Positions 29,124-38,776 of a DNA stretch of 64,000 nt are shown here, in pieces (positions within the stretch are counted from its first letter, which is position 1; the number at the start of each line of letters is the position of its first letter). The notes beneath the pieces are model-generated. The model was not told the origin of the DNA. It did not search any database and saw only the letters and a list, made by a program, of their open reading frames with translations. The DNA comes from Minisyncoccia bacterium. Lineage in GTDB: Bacteria; Patescibacteriota; Minisyncoccia; Phycocordibacterales; DATDWN01. Both the position numbers and the translations under genes were made by a program. The DNA lies in contig JBAQUS010000015.1 of NCBI GenBank assembly GCA_049297675.1, positions 65,414 through 129,413 on the forward strand, given 5' to 3'.

Positions 29124-32100
29124 TTATCTTAGTCCTACCACCACAGAATACACATTTCCATCATCAAGTTTTACTGATAGTTTATACCAGTAACCTGTCG
29201 CAAATCCTTTGGTACTCCAATTGTATGAATATTGCTGGCTTATAGGATCGAACTTGAATTCTGTTCCATTCGATCCTGAGACTGTATATACTGATTCATC
29301 AATTGTGGCTGACATGGGACCTCCTCTCTGAGGTGCAAGCCATACAGCTGATGAGCTTGCTTGAACCACTACCCTAAGGCTATTTCTAAGTTGAAACTTT
29401 ACTGGTACAGTACTTCCTCCCTTGAAAACACTTTGCTTTTGGTTTGGATTGAAACTTAGATCATTTATAGGTTGAAGAAATCCCGACCATTTGTATTTTG
29501 GAAGTGTTACTATTTCTCCCAGCTTCCCAGAAAGTGTTGCGTCAATCTGACCATCTCCATTGGAGTCAATTTTTAGTGTAGAACTAGCAACAGATGGGCT
29601 TATATCCATAAACACTTCGGTTGTCGTGGAAGATGGTAAACCTTGAAAGGATGTGCTCTCTAATATGTTATTTCCCTCTTGTTTCGTTATGTCTAAGGCA
29701 AACACCCCGTCTTCATACCCAGAGAGTTTAACCTGACCTGATAGGTCACTAGGAACAGAGATGAACTGTGTATTACCTATGACTCTATAATTTACATCTG
29801 GAATTTCTTCTTCGAGCTCTCCAGTTATAGGATCGAGACCTGTGTACCTGCCTTGTGAGTCTGTGACACCAAGTGTTAATGGTGAGTGTAAAACGTAGTG
29901 TAGTCTTGTACCGTTTGTATTTAACTCTGAAGCATTTTTTAAAACAATGTGTTTATCGTCATCAAATTCAAGATTATTAATTTTATTATAAATTAAGTTA
30001 GATATAGAAGGTATTTCTAAAAGATCTCTGTGAATCCTTGAAAGGTTTGGACTGAAAATGCTGTTATACTCTTTCAAATCTACCCACCAACGCTCAACAT
30101 TTGGAGAGGTGGTGGACATCCAGAGAGCACTTGGGGTTACGACTGTTCCATCACCATCCACCACAAAGCGAGGGCTTAGGCATTTGTAGTAAACCAAGTA
30201 GGCGTAGCTGCATGTTTTATACTCTATCCCAGCAAGTGTCTCTTCTCCCCAGCCGGCGATTTGGATGACTTTTGTAGTGGTGGCTGGCGCCCATGAATCA
30301 AGAATGGCATGCACAGCTTCAGTTTGCTCATACAGAACTGGATTTCCAATACCTGGAGTGTCAGTGTCATTATAATCCGGCATAAGCCTTCCCTCATCAC
30401 CAAGAATATAACCTTTCAATTCTTCCTGACTAGTAACGGCATTTCCAAACTGATTTAGTTTGTCGCTGTAAACTGCATTGTTTTCAAATGTCACAATCTG
30501 ACTATTTGGAGAAAACCCGTCCACTGTTTCGAAATATGAATTCGATGGCAGTAAGTTATATATTGCTGGCATGTTCAGAGAAAGTTGTCGCAGTCTTTCA
30601 TTTTTCATAATGATCCCTTGACCTAAGCTCGTGCCGTGAAGTAAGCCGAGAACTGCTTCTGGAGTACCGATCTGGGGAACAGCTACAAAAATAATTTTAT
30701 CTATCTTGTAGTAGAGTGGGTTGTTTGTGTCTTTCAGCTTCTGTACAAGTGCCTTTATAACCAGCCCGCCGTTCGAGTGTCCTATCAGAGTAATCTTTGA
30801 AGAAGTTGCCGAAAGTTTCTCAAGTTTTTTCAAAATGTAACTTTCAGAAAAATCCTGGGTGTTGTCATAGTCCAAAACACCACCAGTAGTTGTCGCACCT
30901 TTCATCACAATATCTTCGAGAGAAAGTCTCCAGTCATAAGGTATGAAAGCATAATCGTTTATAACCCTATCTGACTTCCATTCTCTCAAATCGTTTATAA
31001 AGGAGTTGTAAATATTACTGCCTAAAATCTCATCTGTGATTCCTGTCTCGGCCTCATCATTCATACTTTGTGTATCATCTTTTGTGTAAACATGATATTG
31101 ACTCACGCCATCATTTGAAAGCGACAGCTTATCATGATCAGAATCGAGTGTGGAAACCCACTTCTCATCCCCTTCCTCATAAAGCCGTGTGCCCATGACC
31201 CCCGGGAAAAACATAACGCTTGTGCCAACAATGTCTTGCGAGACACTTGGATAATATTTTTCATAAACCACAGTTCCTTCACCACCTCTGGCTCCACATT
31301 GTGGGCATAACCCGCCTCGTGCATCAATCTCTCCAGTGAAGTTTGTATCCTCATAGTAAATAGCTATTCGCCCTCCTCCACCTGGAAGATAACAGAAATT
31401 CGGACAATACACATTACCCCCTAGTGCACCAAAGACTCCTACCCCAGAAAGATTATTGGCTGTCACAAAAATACTCCCTCCTGAGCCTGTTCCTCCAGCA
31501 TTTGCTGAGATAGTCCCGTCGTTTACAAAACTCTCTGTGGAAACTATTCTAATTACCCCTCCACCATTTGGGAAATTACCATTTCCTCCACTACCAAAGT
31601 CTGTCGGTGCAGTACTTGATCCGTATGTTGAATCAACACCATTTCCCATTCCGACACCACCATGACTTGCTCCGTTTCGACTATCCAAGCCAGGTGCTCC
31701 AGGACCTGAGTTTTGACCATAGCCCTTGGCATTTACATTAATAGCAGAATTACTCGAGATAAAAATATTTTTGACATTTATCGATACAACTTTCTCGGGA
31801 CTGGTTATTATGAACGACTCATTTTCTAGAGACAAATCATCGAGAGTTAGTGTGCCTTCCCCGAGCAAATTTAAAGTGGAGAGATTACTAAGAGAAATTC
31901 TTGAAATTTGTAAATCTGAATTTCCAAAGACATCAATACTCGATTGGTCATTCAAGGTTAGTTCATTTGCCTTTACCAGAGTTCCATTTTCTGATTTTAT
32001 TTTTGAGCCTGGAGTTGCATTAATTTTATTTAAATTAAATGACCCGTCACTGTACAGAAACTGCCATGACGATCTAATGAATAAATTATTATTTGTAATA

Positions 32101-32870
32101 TCAAATAATCCCGCAGTTCCCCTCTCCGCACATGTTTGACTAAACCCGTCATAACTTCCACAACCACCATTGACTAGGACCTCGCCAATAAATGACGAGC
32201 TTTCATAATAGATAGCTATTCGTCCTCCTCCACCTGGCCCAGCAAAATACCCAGAGGCAAACAAAGGACCACCGTTTGCTCTAAACAAGCCACCACCCAT
32301 AATATTTTTCGCTCTTATGTAGAGACTTCCACCACTTCCAGAATGTAATCCACTAGCTGAAACAGCCCCGTCGTTTACAAAGTCGTTGGAAACTTCGAGC
32401 CATATAGCCCCTCCACCAGGATATGAGCTTCCACTTCCAAGATCAAGTGGCACAGTTGCCGAGCCATAAGTTGATGTTGCCGTGTTACTTATTCCAACTC
32501 CGCCGTAGCTTGCACCATACTTATAGTAGGTTTGTCCGCCACTACCTGGTCCCATATTATTTCCATAACCCTTACCATCAGCTGAAATTGATGAACTATT
32601 TGATACTGTTAGGTTAACTGCTGTAATTTTCACTCCCTTAAACGTATTGGCTGAATTTGGATCAGATAGCAGTATAAGAGTTGCTCCGTTCGTCACAGTC
32701 AAGTTATTGTAAATGTACTCACCAGCCGGCAGTGAAAAGTTTGACTCCAAGACTACTTCGGCCTCACTACTATCTAGTACTCCATTGTCGTTTATATCCT
32801 GTGGTGTAGCATCAGCTCTTAAAATAAGTGGTAGTGCTAAAAGGAATGCTGTAACTATTATTTTTCTCAT
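29124..32870 (-). CDS. Large secreted protein (1248 aa): signal peptide, EF-hand/dockerin-like DxNxDG loop, tandemly duplicated ~160-aa Gly-rich domain, LCAT-like alpha/beta-hydrolase (lipase/acyltransferase) domain, C-terminal beta-rich region
   Basis: MRKIIVTAFLLALPLILRADA; DINDNGVLDSSE. The two copies read ...KGYGNNMGPGSGG...GGGGRIAIYYESSSFIGEVLVNGGCG and ...KGYGQNSGPGAPG...GGGGRIAIYYEDTNFTGEIDARGGLC. VMFFPGVMGTRL (the LCAT PGxxGSxL-like motif) and ITLIGHSNGGLV (GHSxGG nucleophile elbow) mark the hydrolase domain. Confidence 0.8.
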   Translation of the reverse strand: MRKIIVTAFLLALPLILRADATPQDINDNGVLDSSEAEVVLESNFSLPAGEYIYNNLTVTNGATLILLSDPNSANTFKGVKITAVNLTVSNSSSISADGKGYGNNMGPGSGGQTYYKYGASYGGVGISNTATSTYGSATVPLDLGSGSSYPGGGAIWLEVSNDFVNDGAVSASGLHSGSGGSLYIRAKNIMGGGLFRANGGPLFASGYFAGPGGGGRIAIYYESSSFIGEVLVNGGCGSYDGFSQTCAERGTAGLFDITNNNLFIRSSWQFLYSDGSFNLNKINATPGSKIKSENGTLVKANELTLNDQSSIDVFGNSDLQISRISLSNLSTLNLLGEGTLTLDDLSLENESFIITSPEKVVSINVKNIFISSNSAINVNAKGYGQNSGPGAPGLDSRNGASHGGVGMGNGVDSTYGSSTAPTDFGSGGNGNFPNGGGVIRIVSTESFVNDGTISANAGGTGSGGSIFVTANNLSGVGVFGALGGNVYCPNFCYLPGGGGRIAIYYEDTNFTGEIDARGGLCPQCGARGGEGTVVYEKYYPSVSQDIVGTSVMFFPGVMGTRLYEEGDEKWVSTLDSDHDKLSLSNDGVSQYHVYTKDDTQSMNDEAETGITDEILGSNIYNSFINDLREWKSDRVINDYAFIPYDWRLSLEDIVMKGATTTGGVLDYDNTQDFSESYILKKLEKLSATSSKITLIGHSNGGLVIKALVQKLKDTNNPLYYKIDKIIFVAVPQIGTPEAVLGLLHGTSLGQGIIMKNERLRQLSLNMPAIYNLLPSNSYFETVDGFSPNSQIVTFENNAVYSDKLNQFGNAVTSQEELKGYILGDEGRLMPDYNDTDTPGIGNPVLYEQTEAVHAILDSWAPATTTKVIQIAGWGEETLAGIEYKTCSYAYLVYYKCLSPRFVVDGDGTVVTPSALWMSTTSPNVERWWVDLKEYNSIFSPNLSRIHRDLLEIPSISNLIYNKINNLEFDDDKHIVLKNASELNTNGTRLHYVLHSPLTLGVTDSQGRYTGLDPITGELEEEIPDVNYRVIGNTQFISVPSDLSGQVKLSGYEDGVFALDITKQEGNNILESTSFQGLPSSTTTEVFMDISPSVASSTLKIDSNGDGQIDATLSGKLGEIVTLPKYKWSGFLQPINDLSFNPNQKQSVFKGGSTVPVKFQLRNSLRVVVQASSSAVWLAPQRGGPMSATIDESVYTVSGSNGTEFKFDPISQQYSYNWSTKGFATGYWYKLSVKLDDGNVYSVVVGLR

Positions 32871-32947
32871 TTGTTTCGGTTAGTTATTTACCGAAACTAT
32901 ACTCAGCAGCAGGAAAAATACTACTTTACAAAAATATAATTGATTAT

Positions 32948-33634
32948 TTAATTTTTTGAGACTAAAGCCTCCTCAATCCTATTTAATACTATATGCGATA
33001 CCTCCCTATAATCCTCAACACTCGGCTCATCTGTCTTTATTAGTTCACTTGCAGTCATGGGTTTTAGAATGGTTATGACAACATTTCTTTGTCTTCCAAA
33101 AAACTTCCAAGCTGTCATATCGAAAAATGTATCAATACATACTGGAACAACTGTTGCTTCAGTTTCATAAACCAGAAAGCCTAAGCCCCCACGTGCTGGA
33201 CTAATTCCACCATCGGAAGTCCTTTTACCCTCAGGAAAAATTAAAACGGTCTGATTATTATCTAGAAGATCTACAAAACTCTCAAGAGATGTCTCATAAT
33301 CTTTGTACCCAGAATGAATAGGATATCCACCTAGTACATTGAAAAATACGCCACCATATATGTAATTTCGCCAACCAAACGATATATGTTTTTCCTTCGG
33401 GTTGGTTACATAATATATAGGATATAAAGTGGAAAAAAATCCCAACACTAATGGTGATGCAGTAACATCAAGCTCACTAGTATGATTAAATGCCAAAATA
33501 ACTGGTTTTTTTAGATCAAGCAAGTTCTCTCTTCCACGAATCTCAATTCTGACAAATATTTTATGCAAAACAAAAAACACTATGTAACCGATCTTTTGGA
33601 GAAATACTGGCAAGTAGTAATAATATTCTGCCAT
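32948..33634 (-). CDS. plsC: 1-acyl-sn-glycerol-3-phosphate acyltransferase (PlsC/LPLAT family)
   Basis: AFNHTSELD (HX4D) and FPEGKRTSDG (FPEG) motifs. Confidence 0.85.
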   Translation of the reverse strand: MAEYYYYLPVFLQKIGYIVFFVLHKIFVRIEIRGRENLLDLKKPVILAFNHTSELDVTASPLVLGFFSTLYPIYYVTNPKEKHISFGWRNYIYGGVFFNVLGGYPIHSGYKDYETSLESFVDLLDNNQTVLIFPEGKRTSDGGISPARGGLGFLVYETEATVVPVCIDTFFDMTAWKFFGRQRNVVITILKPMTASELIKTDEPSVEDYREVSHIVLNRIEEALVSKN

Positions 33635-33679
33635 TTATATTGACTCTAATATAGCACAATTTTGACTTTTTTGCTCAAA

Positions 33680-34585
33680 CTAATCCTCAGGATTAGGACG
33701 AGTCAAAACAATATTTTTGCACACCTCGCCACAAAATGACTTACCGTCCTCCTCGCTACAATCTTCACAACAAATAAAATGTTTGTTACACATCGGATAC
33801 TTACAGTTTACATATCTCTCACTTTTCTCTCCACATTTTTCACATGTTCCGACAACTACATGCTTATCTTCCTGGTCAAAATGCATGAGGATTCTTTTAT
33901 CAAAAACATAGAGCGAACCTTCAAATTCTTCCGCCGGGTATTTTTCCATGTAACTGACAATCCCACCGTCGAGCTGATAAACATTTTTAAAACCTTCTCG
34001 TACAAGAAAGCCTGAGGCCTTTTCGCACCTGACCCCGCCTGTGCAAACGGTAAGTACTTCCTTATCACGCAAATCTTTTAGCTGACTTAGAACTTTTGGC
34101 ACATCTCGGAAATTTTGGAGATTTGGCATGATAGAGTTTTTAAACCTCCCAACTTTGAACTCGTAATCGTTTCTCATATCCAATATGACAAAATCTTTTC
34201 CAGACTGAAACCACTGCTTTAGCTCCTCTGGTTTTACGTGCTTGCCTGTCACTTCGTTTGGATTTATATCTTTCTCTAGGTGAAGCGAGACAATCTCAGG
34301 TCTGACTTTGACAGACAGTCTTGGAAAAGCTTCGCCCGTCCCTCTACTTCTCTTTGTATGTGTATCCGAAAATCTCGTGTCAGATAAGTACGCCTCAAGA
34401 TATTTTTCAATGTTCTCCTTCGTCCCCTCCAAAGTGGCGTTAATCCCTTCCTTGGCAACAATAACTCGACCTTTTAGTCCAAGTTTTTCACAAAGCCTCC
34501 TCTGCTCATCCCGTAATTTCTCCGGGTCTTCGATCTCAACGTATTTATAAAACAAGAGTATAGCAAAAGAGTGTGTCAAATTCAT
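33680..34585 (-). CDS. trhO: Rhodanese-domain tRNA uridine(34) hydroxylase TrhO (YceA/UPF0176 family)
   Basis: N-terminal ILLFYKYVEIEDPE; rhodanese active-site loop CTGGVRCEKA; C-terminal Cys-rich tail. The start was moved to MNLTHSF. Confidence 0.8.
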   Translation of the reverse strand: MNLTHSFAILLFYKYVEIEDPEKLRDEQRRLCEKLGLKGRVIVAKEGINATLEGTKENIEKYLEAYLSDTRFSDTHTKRSRGTGEAFPRLSVKVRPEIVSLHLEKDINPNEVTGKHVKPEELKQWFQSGKDFVILDMRNDYEFKVGRFKNSIMPNLQNFRDVPKVLSQLKDLRDKEVLTVCTGGVRCEKASGFLVREGFKNVYQLDGGIVSYMEKYPAEEFEGSLYVFDKRILMHFDQEDKHVVVGTCEKCGEKSERYVNCKYPMCNKHFICCEDCSEEDGKSFCGEVCKNIVLTRPNPED

Positions 34586-34589
34586 AACT

Positions 34590-34838
34590 TTATTCAGTAT
34601 AAAAATCCTGTAGCAAATGTTCCGAGGAAACATGTTTTTCCAATTCCGAAACAACACCCTTAAGAGTTCCTTTCCTTAATTCAGAATGAAGTGGAATAGT
34701 TATATGTAGAATTTCTTTGTCCATAACCTCCAAAGTTAATCTTGAATGACTTCCTTTTGTTCGAGTTACATTAAAACCATATTTCAGAAGTATTTTTATA
34801 ACTTCTTTTCCAGATATAACACGAAGTTTTTTAGGCAT
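34590..34838 (-). CDS. hicA: HicA-family mRNA interferase toxin
   Basis: MPKKLRVISGKEVIKILLKYGFNVTRTKGSHSRLT...ITIPLHSELRKGTLKGV matches the HicA/YcfA pattern. The start was moved to MPKKL, 4 nt after the hicB stop. Confidence 0.75.
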   Translation of the reverse strand: MPKKLRVISGKEVIKILLKYGFNVTRTKGSHSRLTLEVMDKEILHITIPLHSELRKGTLKGVVSELEKHVSSEHLLQDFYTE

Positions 34839-34842
34839 AGAG

Positions 34843-35055
34843 CTATGCAGTAACTGGTAATTCAAAATTCACAAGAACAGGGAATTTAGCCTCATTTGAA
34901 TCAAAATGAACAAAAACTGCTTCCTGTATATTTTTTACTACTTCATCCAATGTTTCCCCTTGTGTAAATATTGGAAAAAGCACTGCCTTGGCACAGTATC
35001 CTCCTTCTTCCGCTTTTTCGATAAAAAATTGTATTATCCGTGGTTTTTCCATCAT
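34843..35055 (-). CDS. hicB: HicB-family antitoxin (UPF0150-like N-terminal domain only, 70 aa)
   Basis: EEGGYCAKAVLFPIFTQGETLDEVVKNIQEAV matches the HicB N-domain, in a coupled hicB-hicA arrangement. Confidence 0.65.
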   Translation of the reverse strand: MMEKPRIIQFFIEKAEEGGYCAKAVLFPIFTQGETLDEVVKNIQEAVFVHFDSNEAKFPVLVNFELPVTA

Positions 35056-35284
35056 TTAAAATTACCACAAACTAATATTTTTTTCAATCAGCCTTAGTAT
35101 CTCCCAATTGTATGAATAAATTTAAATTTGCTGTGATTTTGTATCTTCCCTAAGTCAGATATCGGGGTAAGAACTTTCACACTCTTCACTTGATAACCTG
35201 ATAACTTTTCACTTTCCTAAACCGATTTTATCAAATCGGTCGGACGAACAATTTTTATAGAAAATTGTTTTAGTCACACTTCCT

Positions 35285-36538
35285 CTACTCATATCGTAGT
35301 GCTTCAATTGGGTCCATTTTAGAAGCCGATCGTGCTGGGAAAACACCGAAGAAAATGCCGATTGTGGCTGATACTCCGAAGGCAAGAGCTATAGCATAGA
35401 GTGGTACAACAAAAGACCAATCGAGATTAAATGATTTTGCGATAAGAGAGACAACAAAACCCAAGACTGATCCGAAAGCAATTCCAATTATTCCTCCAAA
35501 AACAGTAACTAAAACCGCTTCAAGCAAAAATTCCTTCAAAATATCCGACTCGCGAGCTCCAACAGCTTTTTTAAGTCCTATTTCTGCTGTCCTCTCTGTC
35601 ACAACAACATACATAATATTCATAATTCCCACTCCACCAACTAGGAGGGATATGGCGGCGATTGCAATTAGCAAGTATGTTACACCTCCGAAAATTGTGT
35701 TAAAAGTTTCCAGTGCCTGTGCCTGGGTTTGAACAGCAAAATCATCTTTTTTGGGATCATTGATGGAGTGATTTCTCCTCATGGTCAGTCTTATTTCCTC
35801 TGCAGTTCTATCAGCTAGATTCATGTCCAAAAGCTCGACAATTCCTATCATCAAATAATCAACCCCGAGAAGTTTCTTCTGGGCAGTGACAAGTGGAATA
35901 AATGCAATATTATCATTCTCCCCAACTGCCCCCTGCGGTTCATACACGCCAATAACACTAAAGTTTAGTGACCCTAGTCGAAACAACTTGCCTATAGGAT
36001 CGTCTTGACCAAAGAGATCTTTTGCTAGCTGGCTGCCGAGGATAATGACTTGTGCACCTGAGTTATCTTCGTTTTTAGTATAAAATCTTCCGCTCTGAAG
36101 TTTGGTTTTATCAATCTGAAATCTTTCTGCACCAGCACCATAGTAAATTACAAATTTTTTGTTCTGGCGATAGTTAGCTGAAGCTTGACCAGTGACAATT
36201 CCGTAAGCCCCTGAGACATTTCCAAGTTTTTCAATATCATCTAGGTCTCTCTGTTTAAAGCTTGTGATTGTTACACCTGAGAAAGCTGCTGACTCTGGTC
36301 CTGCCCTTCCTTCCCCTCCCGCGGCACGGTTTTTGGTTGTTGGTGGAACGCGAACTTGAACAAAAAGAGTGTTGGTTCCAAGTGTTGCAACCTGTGAATC
36401 GATAAGACTTCTGAAGCCTGCACCAGCAGAAAGAACTAAAACGACCGTGGCAATTCCAATAACAATACCAAGCATAGTCAGAATGGTTCTGCCTTTATTT
36501 GCCGACAATGCTGTTAACGATTGCTTAAATAATTTCAT
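35285..36538 (-). CDS. ABC transporter permease, MacB/FtsX-like (N-terminal TM, periplasmic domain, C-terminal FtsX 3-TM bundle)
   Basis: The MacB_PCD plus FtsX architecture, paralogous to the upstream gene. Confidence 0.85.
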   Translation of the reverse strand: MKLFKQSLTALSANKGRTILTMLGIVIGIATVVLVLSAGAGFRSLIDSQVATLGTNTLFVQVRVPPTTKNRAAGGEGRAGPESAAFSGVTITSFKQRDLDDIEKLGNVSGAYGIVTGQASANYRQNKKFVIYYGAGAERFQIDKTKLQSGRFYTKNEDNSGAQVIILGSQLAKDLFGQDDPIGKLFRLGSLNFSVIGVYEPQGAVGENDNIAFIPLVTAQKKLLGVDYLMIGIVELLDMNLADRTAEEIRLTMRRNHSINDPKKDDFAVQTQAQALETFNTIFGGVTYLLIAIAAISLLVGGVGIMNIMYVVVTERTAEIGLKKAVGARESDILKEFLLEAVLVTVFGGIIGIAFGSVLGFVVSLIAKSFNLDWSFVVPLYAIALAFGVSATIGIFFGVFPARSASKMDPIEALRYE

Positions 36539-36583
36539 AATTTTACTTTCTACTTTACACTTTCTACTTGATAACTTTATAAC

Positions 36584-37864
36584 TCATTCATATCTCAGTG
36601 CTTCAATCGGGTCTAGTTTTGCTGCTTTGTAGGATGGATACAAACCAAAAACCACACCTGTCAGAATAGAAACACCAACTGCTAAGAAAATCGACCAGAG
36701 GGAAATGACAAAATTCCAATCATATTGCAGATAGTTCATAAGTATGGACATAAGGTATGAAAGTATTACACCAAAAACTATACCGATAAGTCCCCCAACA
36801 AAAGTCAGTACACCTGACTCTAACAAAAATTGTCTCATAATTTTTCCATTAGTTGCACCAACAGCTTTGCGAAGTCCAATCTCACGAGTTCTCTCTGCTA
36901 CCGTCACTAGCATAATATTCAATATGCCTATTCCACCGACAACCAGAGAAACCGCTGCCATGGAAGTCAAAAACAAACTCAGTGCATCAGTTATAGTAGT
37001 CAAAAGCCCCACGGCTGTAGCTTGATTCCTGACAGTAAAATCTATATTTTTGTCATCCAAAATATGGTGCCTCTGTTTTAAGACTCTTGTAACGTCTGCG
37101 ATTGTACTATCAATGTTCTCCGACATATCAACTTTCAGGTTGATGACCTGCAAGTGTTTAATCCCCAAAAGTTGACCTTGGGCGATTGAAAGTGGAATAA
37201 AAATATTATCGTCCTGGTCCTGGAAAAAAGCGCTTCCACGTGGATTTATTACTCCTATTACTCTAAGTGGTACACCTAGAAACTCGCCTTCACTACTTGA
37301 CCTTGCTGTTCGAACTTTTATTACTTGTCCAATTGGGTTAACACCTGTGCCCTTAAAAAGTGAGTCGGAAACAGTTGAGCCTAAAACCGCCACGTTCGCT
37401 CCAGCATCAGTTTCTGACTCTGACATAAAAACACCATCTCTCATTGAAAAATTAACGATGTTTGCATATCCAGAGTCAGTGCCAATAAAATTCGTGTCAA
37501 CTGTTTTATTTTGCCAAGTAACTGATGACGCACCTCTGACCATAGCATTGACCGCTTCGGCATGTGGCACTTGGGATATTGTTCGAAGTGCAATAGCATC
37601 GTCGTTTGTAAGCGTAGTTATAATTACACCGAAAACTTGTGCAGGAGGTCCTTTGGGGTCACTATTACCTGGCTGAATGGATAGTAAATTTGAGCCTAAT
37701 TTGTTGACTTGACCTAAAACCAAGCTTTGTGCGCCAGCACCTAGAGAAATTATTATTATAACCCCGGCAACACCAATGACTATCCCAAGCATGGTCAAAG
37801 CTGACCTGCCTTTTCTGGCAAGTAGACTTTTCAGTGCTAATTTTATTGTAAAAATAAATCCCAT
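36584..37864 (-). CDS. ABC transporter permease, MacB/FtsX-like (second paralogue)
   Basis: Same architecture as the neighbour, with about 35-40% identity by eye in the FtsX region. Confidence 0.85.
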   Translation of the reverse strand: MGFIFTIKLALKSLLARKGRSALTMLGIVIGVAGVIIIISLGAGAQSLVLGQVNKLGSNLLSIQPGNSDPKGPPAQVFGVIITTLTNDDAIALRTISQVPHAEAVNAMVRGASSVTWQNKTVDTNFIGTDSGYANIVNFSMRDGVFMSESETDAGANVAVLGSTVSDSLFKGTGVNPIGQVIKVRTARSSSEGEFLGVPLRVIGVINPRGSAFFQDQDDNIFIPLSIAQGQLLGIKHLQVINLKVDMSENIDSTIADVTRVLKQRHHILDDKNIDFTVRNQATAVGLLTTITDALSLFLTSMAAVSLVVGGIGILNIMLVTVAERTREIGLRKAVGATNGKIMRQFLLESGVLTFVGGLIGIVFGVILSYLMSILMNYLQYDWNFVISLWSIFLAVGVSILTGVVFGLYPSYKAAKLDPIEALRYE

Positions 37865-38023
37865 TTGTTTAATTTGACTAGCAGAACTCGTCGAAAACGC
37901 ATATTTTCTGGCGTATCTCGGAGTGCGTGAAGCTCGAGAGTTAAGGAAGATTTTCAGCAGAAAATTATTCCGGCGCCAGAGAATATGTGTTGAGTAAGAG
38001 TTTTGCTAGTCAAATTTATCATT

Positions 38024-38740
38024 TTATTTTTTAAGATCACCGTCTGCTTTTGCGATTGTTCTACCAATAACCTCTTCGTCAGAAACAATTAGCCCATCCT
38101 TAATCCTTATTATTCTTTTGGCGTGATTTGCTGTATCTTGCTCATGTGTCACTAAAATAATAGTGTGTCCTTTATTATTTAACTCCTGGAGAATCTCCAG
38201 AACCGCATTTCCTGACTTTGAGTCTAAGTTTCCAGTTGGCTCATCAGCAAAAATTATTGATGGATTGCATACAAGTGCCCGAGCTATAGCCACTCTCTGC
38301 TTTTCTCCTCCAGAAATTTGATTTGTAAAATATTCTAGTCTATGTGAAAGCCCTACATCTGCTAGAGCTTCCTTTGCCAAGTCATCGTGATTTGTCTTAT
38401 CACTATATGATAGTGGTAATTTAACATTTTCTAGTACAGTTGTTCGAGGAAGTAAGTTAAAGGTTTGGAATACAAATCCAATTTTTTCGTTTCGCAGTTT
38501 AGCTAAGTAGTCCTTATCAAAGTCCATAGCATTTTGTCCTTCAAATTCATAAAGCCCTGATGTAGCTTTATCGAGAAAACCTAAAATATGCATGAGTGTT
38601 GATTTGCCTGATCCAGATGGACCCATTATGGCCACGAACTCACCTTTTTCCAAAGTGAAATTTACCCCGTGCAGAACCGGAGTGACCACACCCTCGTTCA
38701 AATAATCTTTTCTCAGATTTTCAGTGCGAATTATTGGCAT
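38024..38740 (-). CDS. ABC transporter ATP-binding protein (MacB/LolD-type)
   Basis: Walker A GPSGSGKST; signature LSGGEKQRVAIARAL; Walker B IIFADEPTGNLD; H-loop VTHE. Confidence 0.9.
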   Translation of the reverse strand: MPIIRTENLRKDYLNEGVVTPVLHGVNFTLEKGEFVAIMGPSGSGKSTLMHILGFLDKATSGLYEFEGQNAMDFDKDYLAKLRNEKIGFVFQTFNLLPRTTVLENVKLPLSYSDKTNHDDLAKEALADVGLSHRLEYFTNQISGGEKQRVAIARALVCNPSIIFADEPTGNLDSKSGNAVLEILQELNNKGHTIILVTHEQDTANHAKRIIRIKDGLIVSDEEVIGRTIAKADGDLKK

Positions 38741-38776
38741 AAGAGTTCATGGGAAGTTATAAAGTTGAAAGTAAAA

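Noticed and set aside
31456-32139. Plus-strand ORFs (69 and 137 aa) inside the giant Gly-rich gene
   Set aside because: They lie fully antisense to a well-supported 1248-aa CDS. Their composition is dictated by the reverse complement of the Gly codons (Pro-rich), with no RBS and no family.
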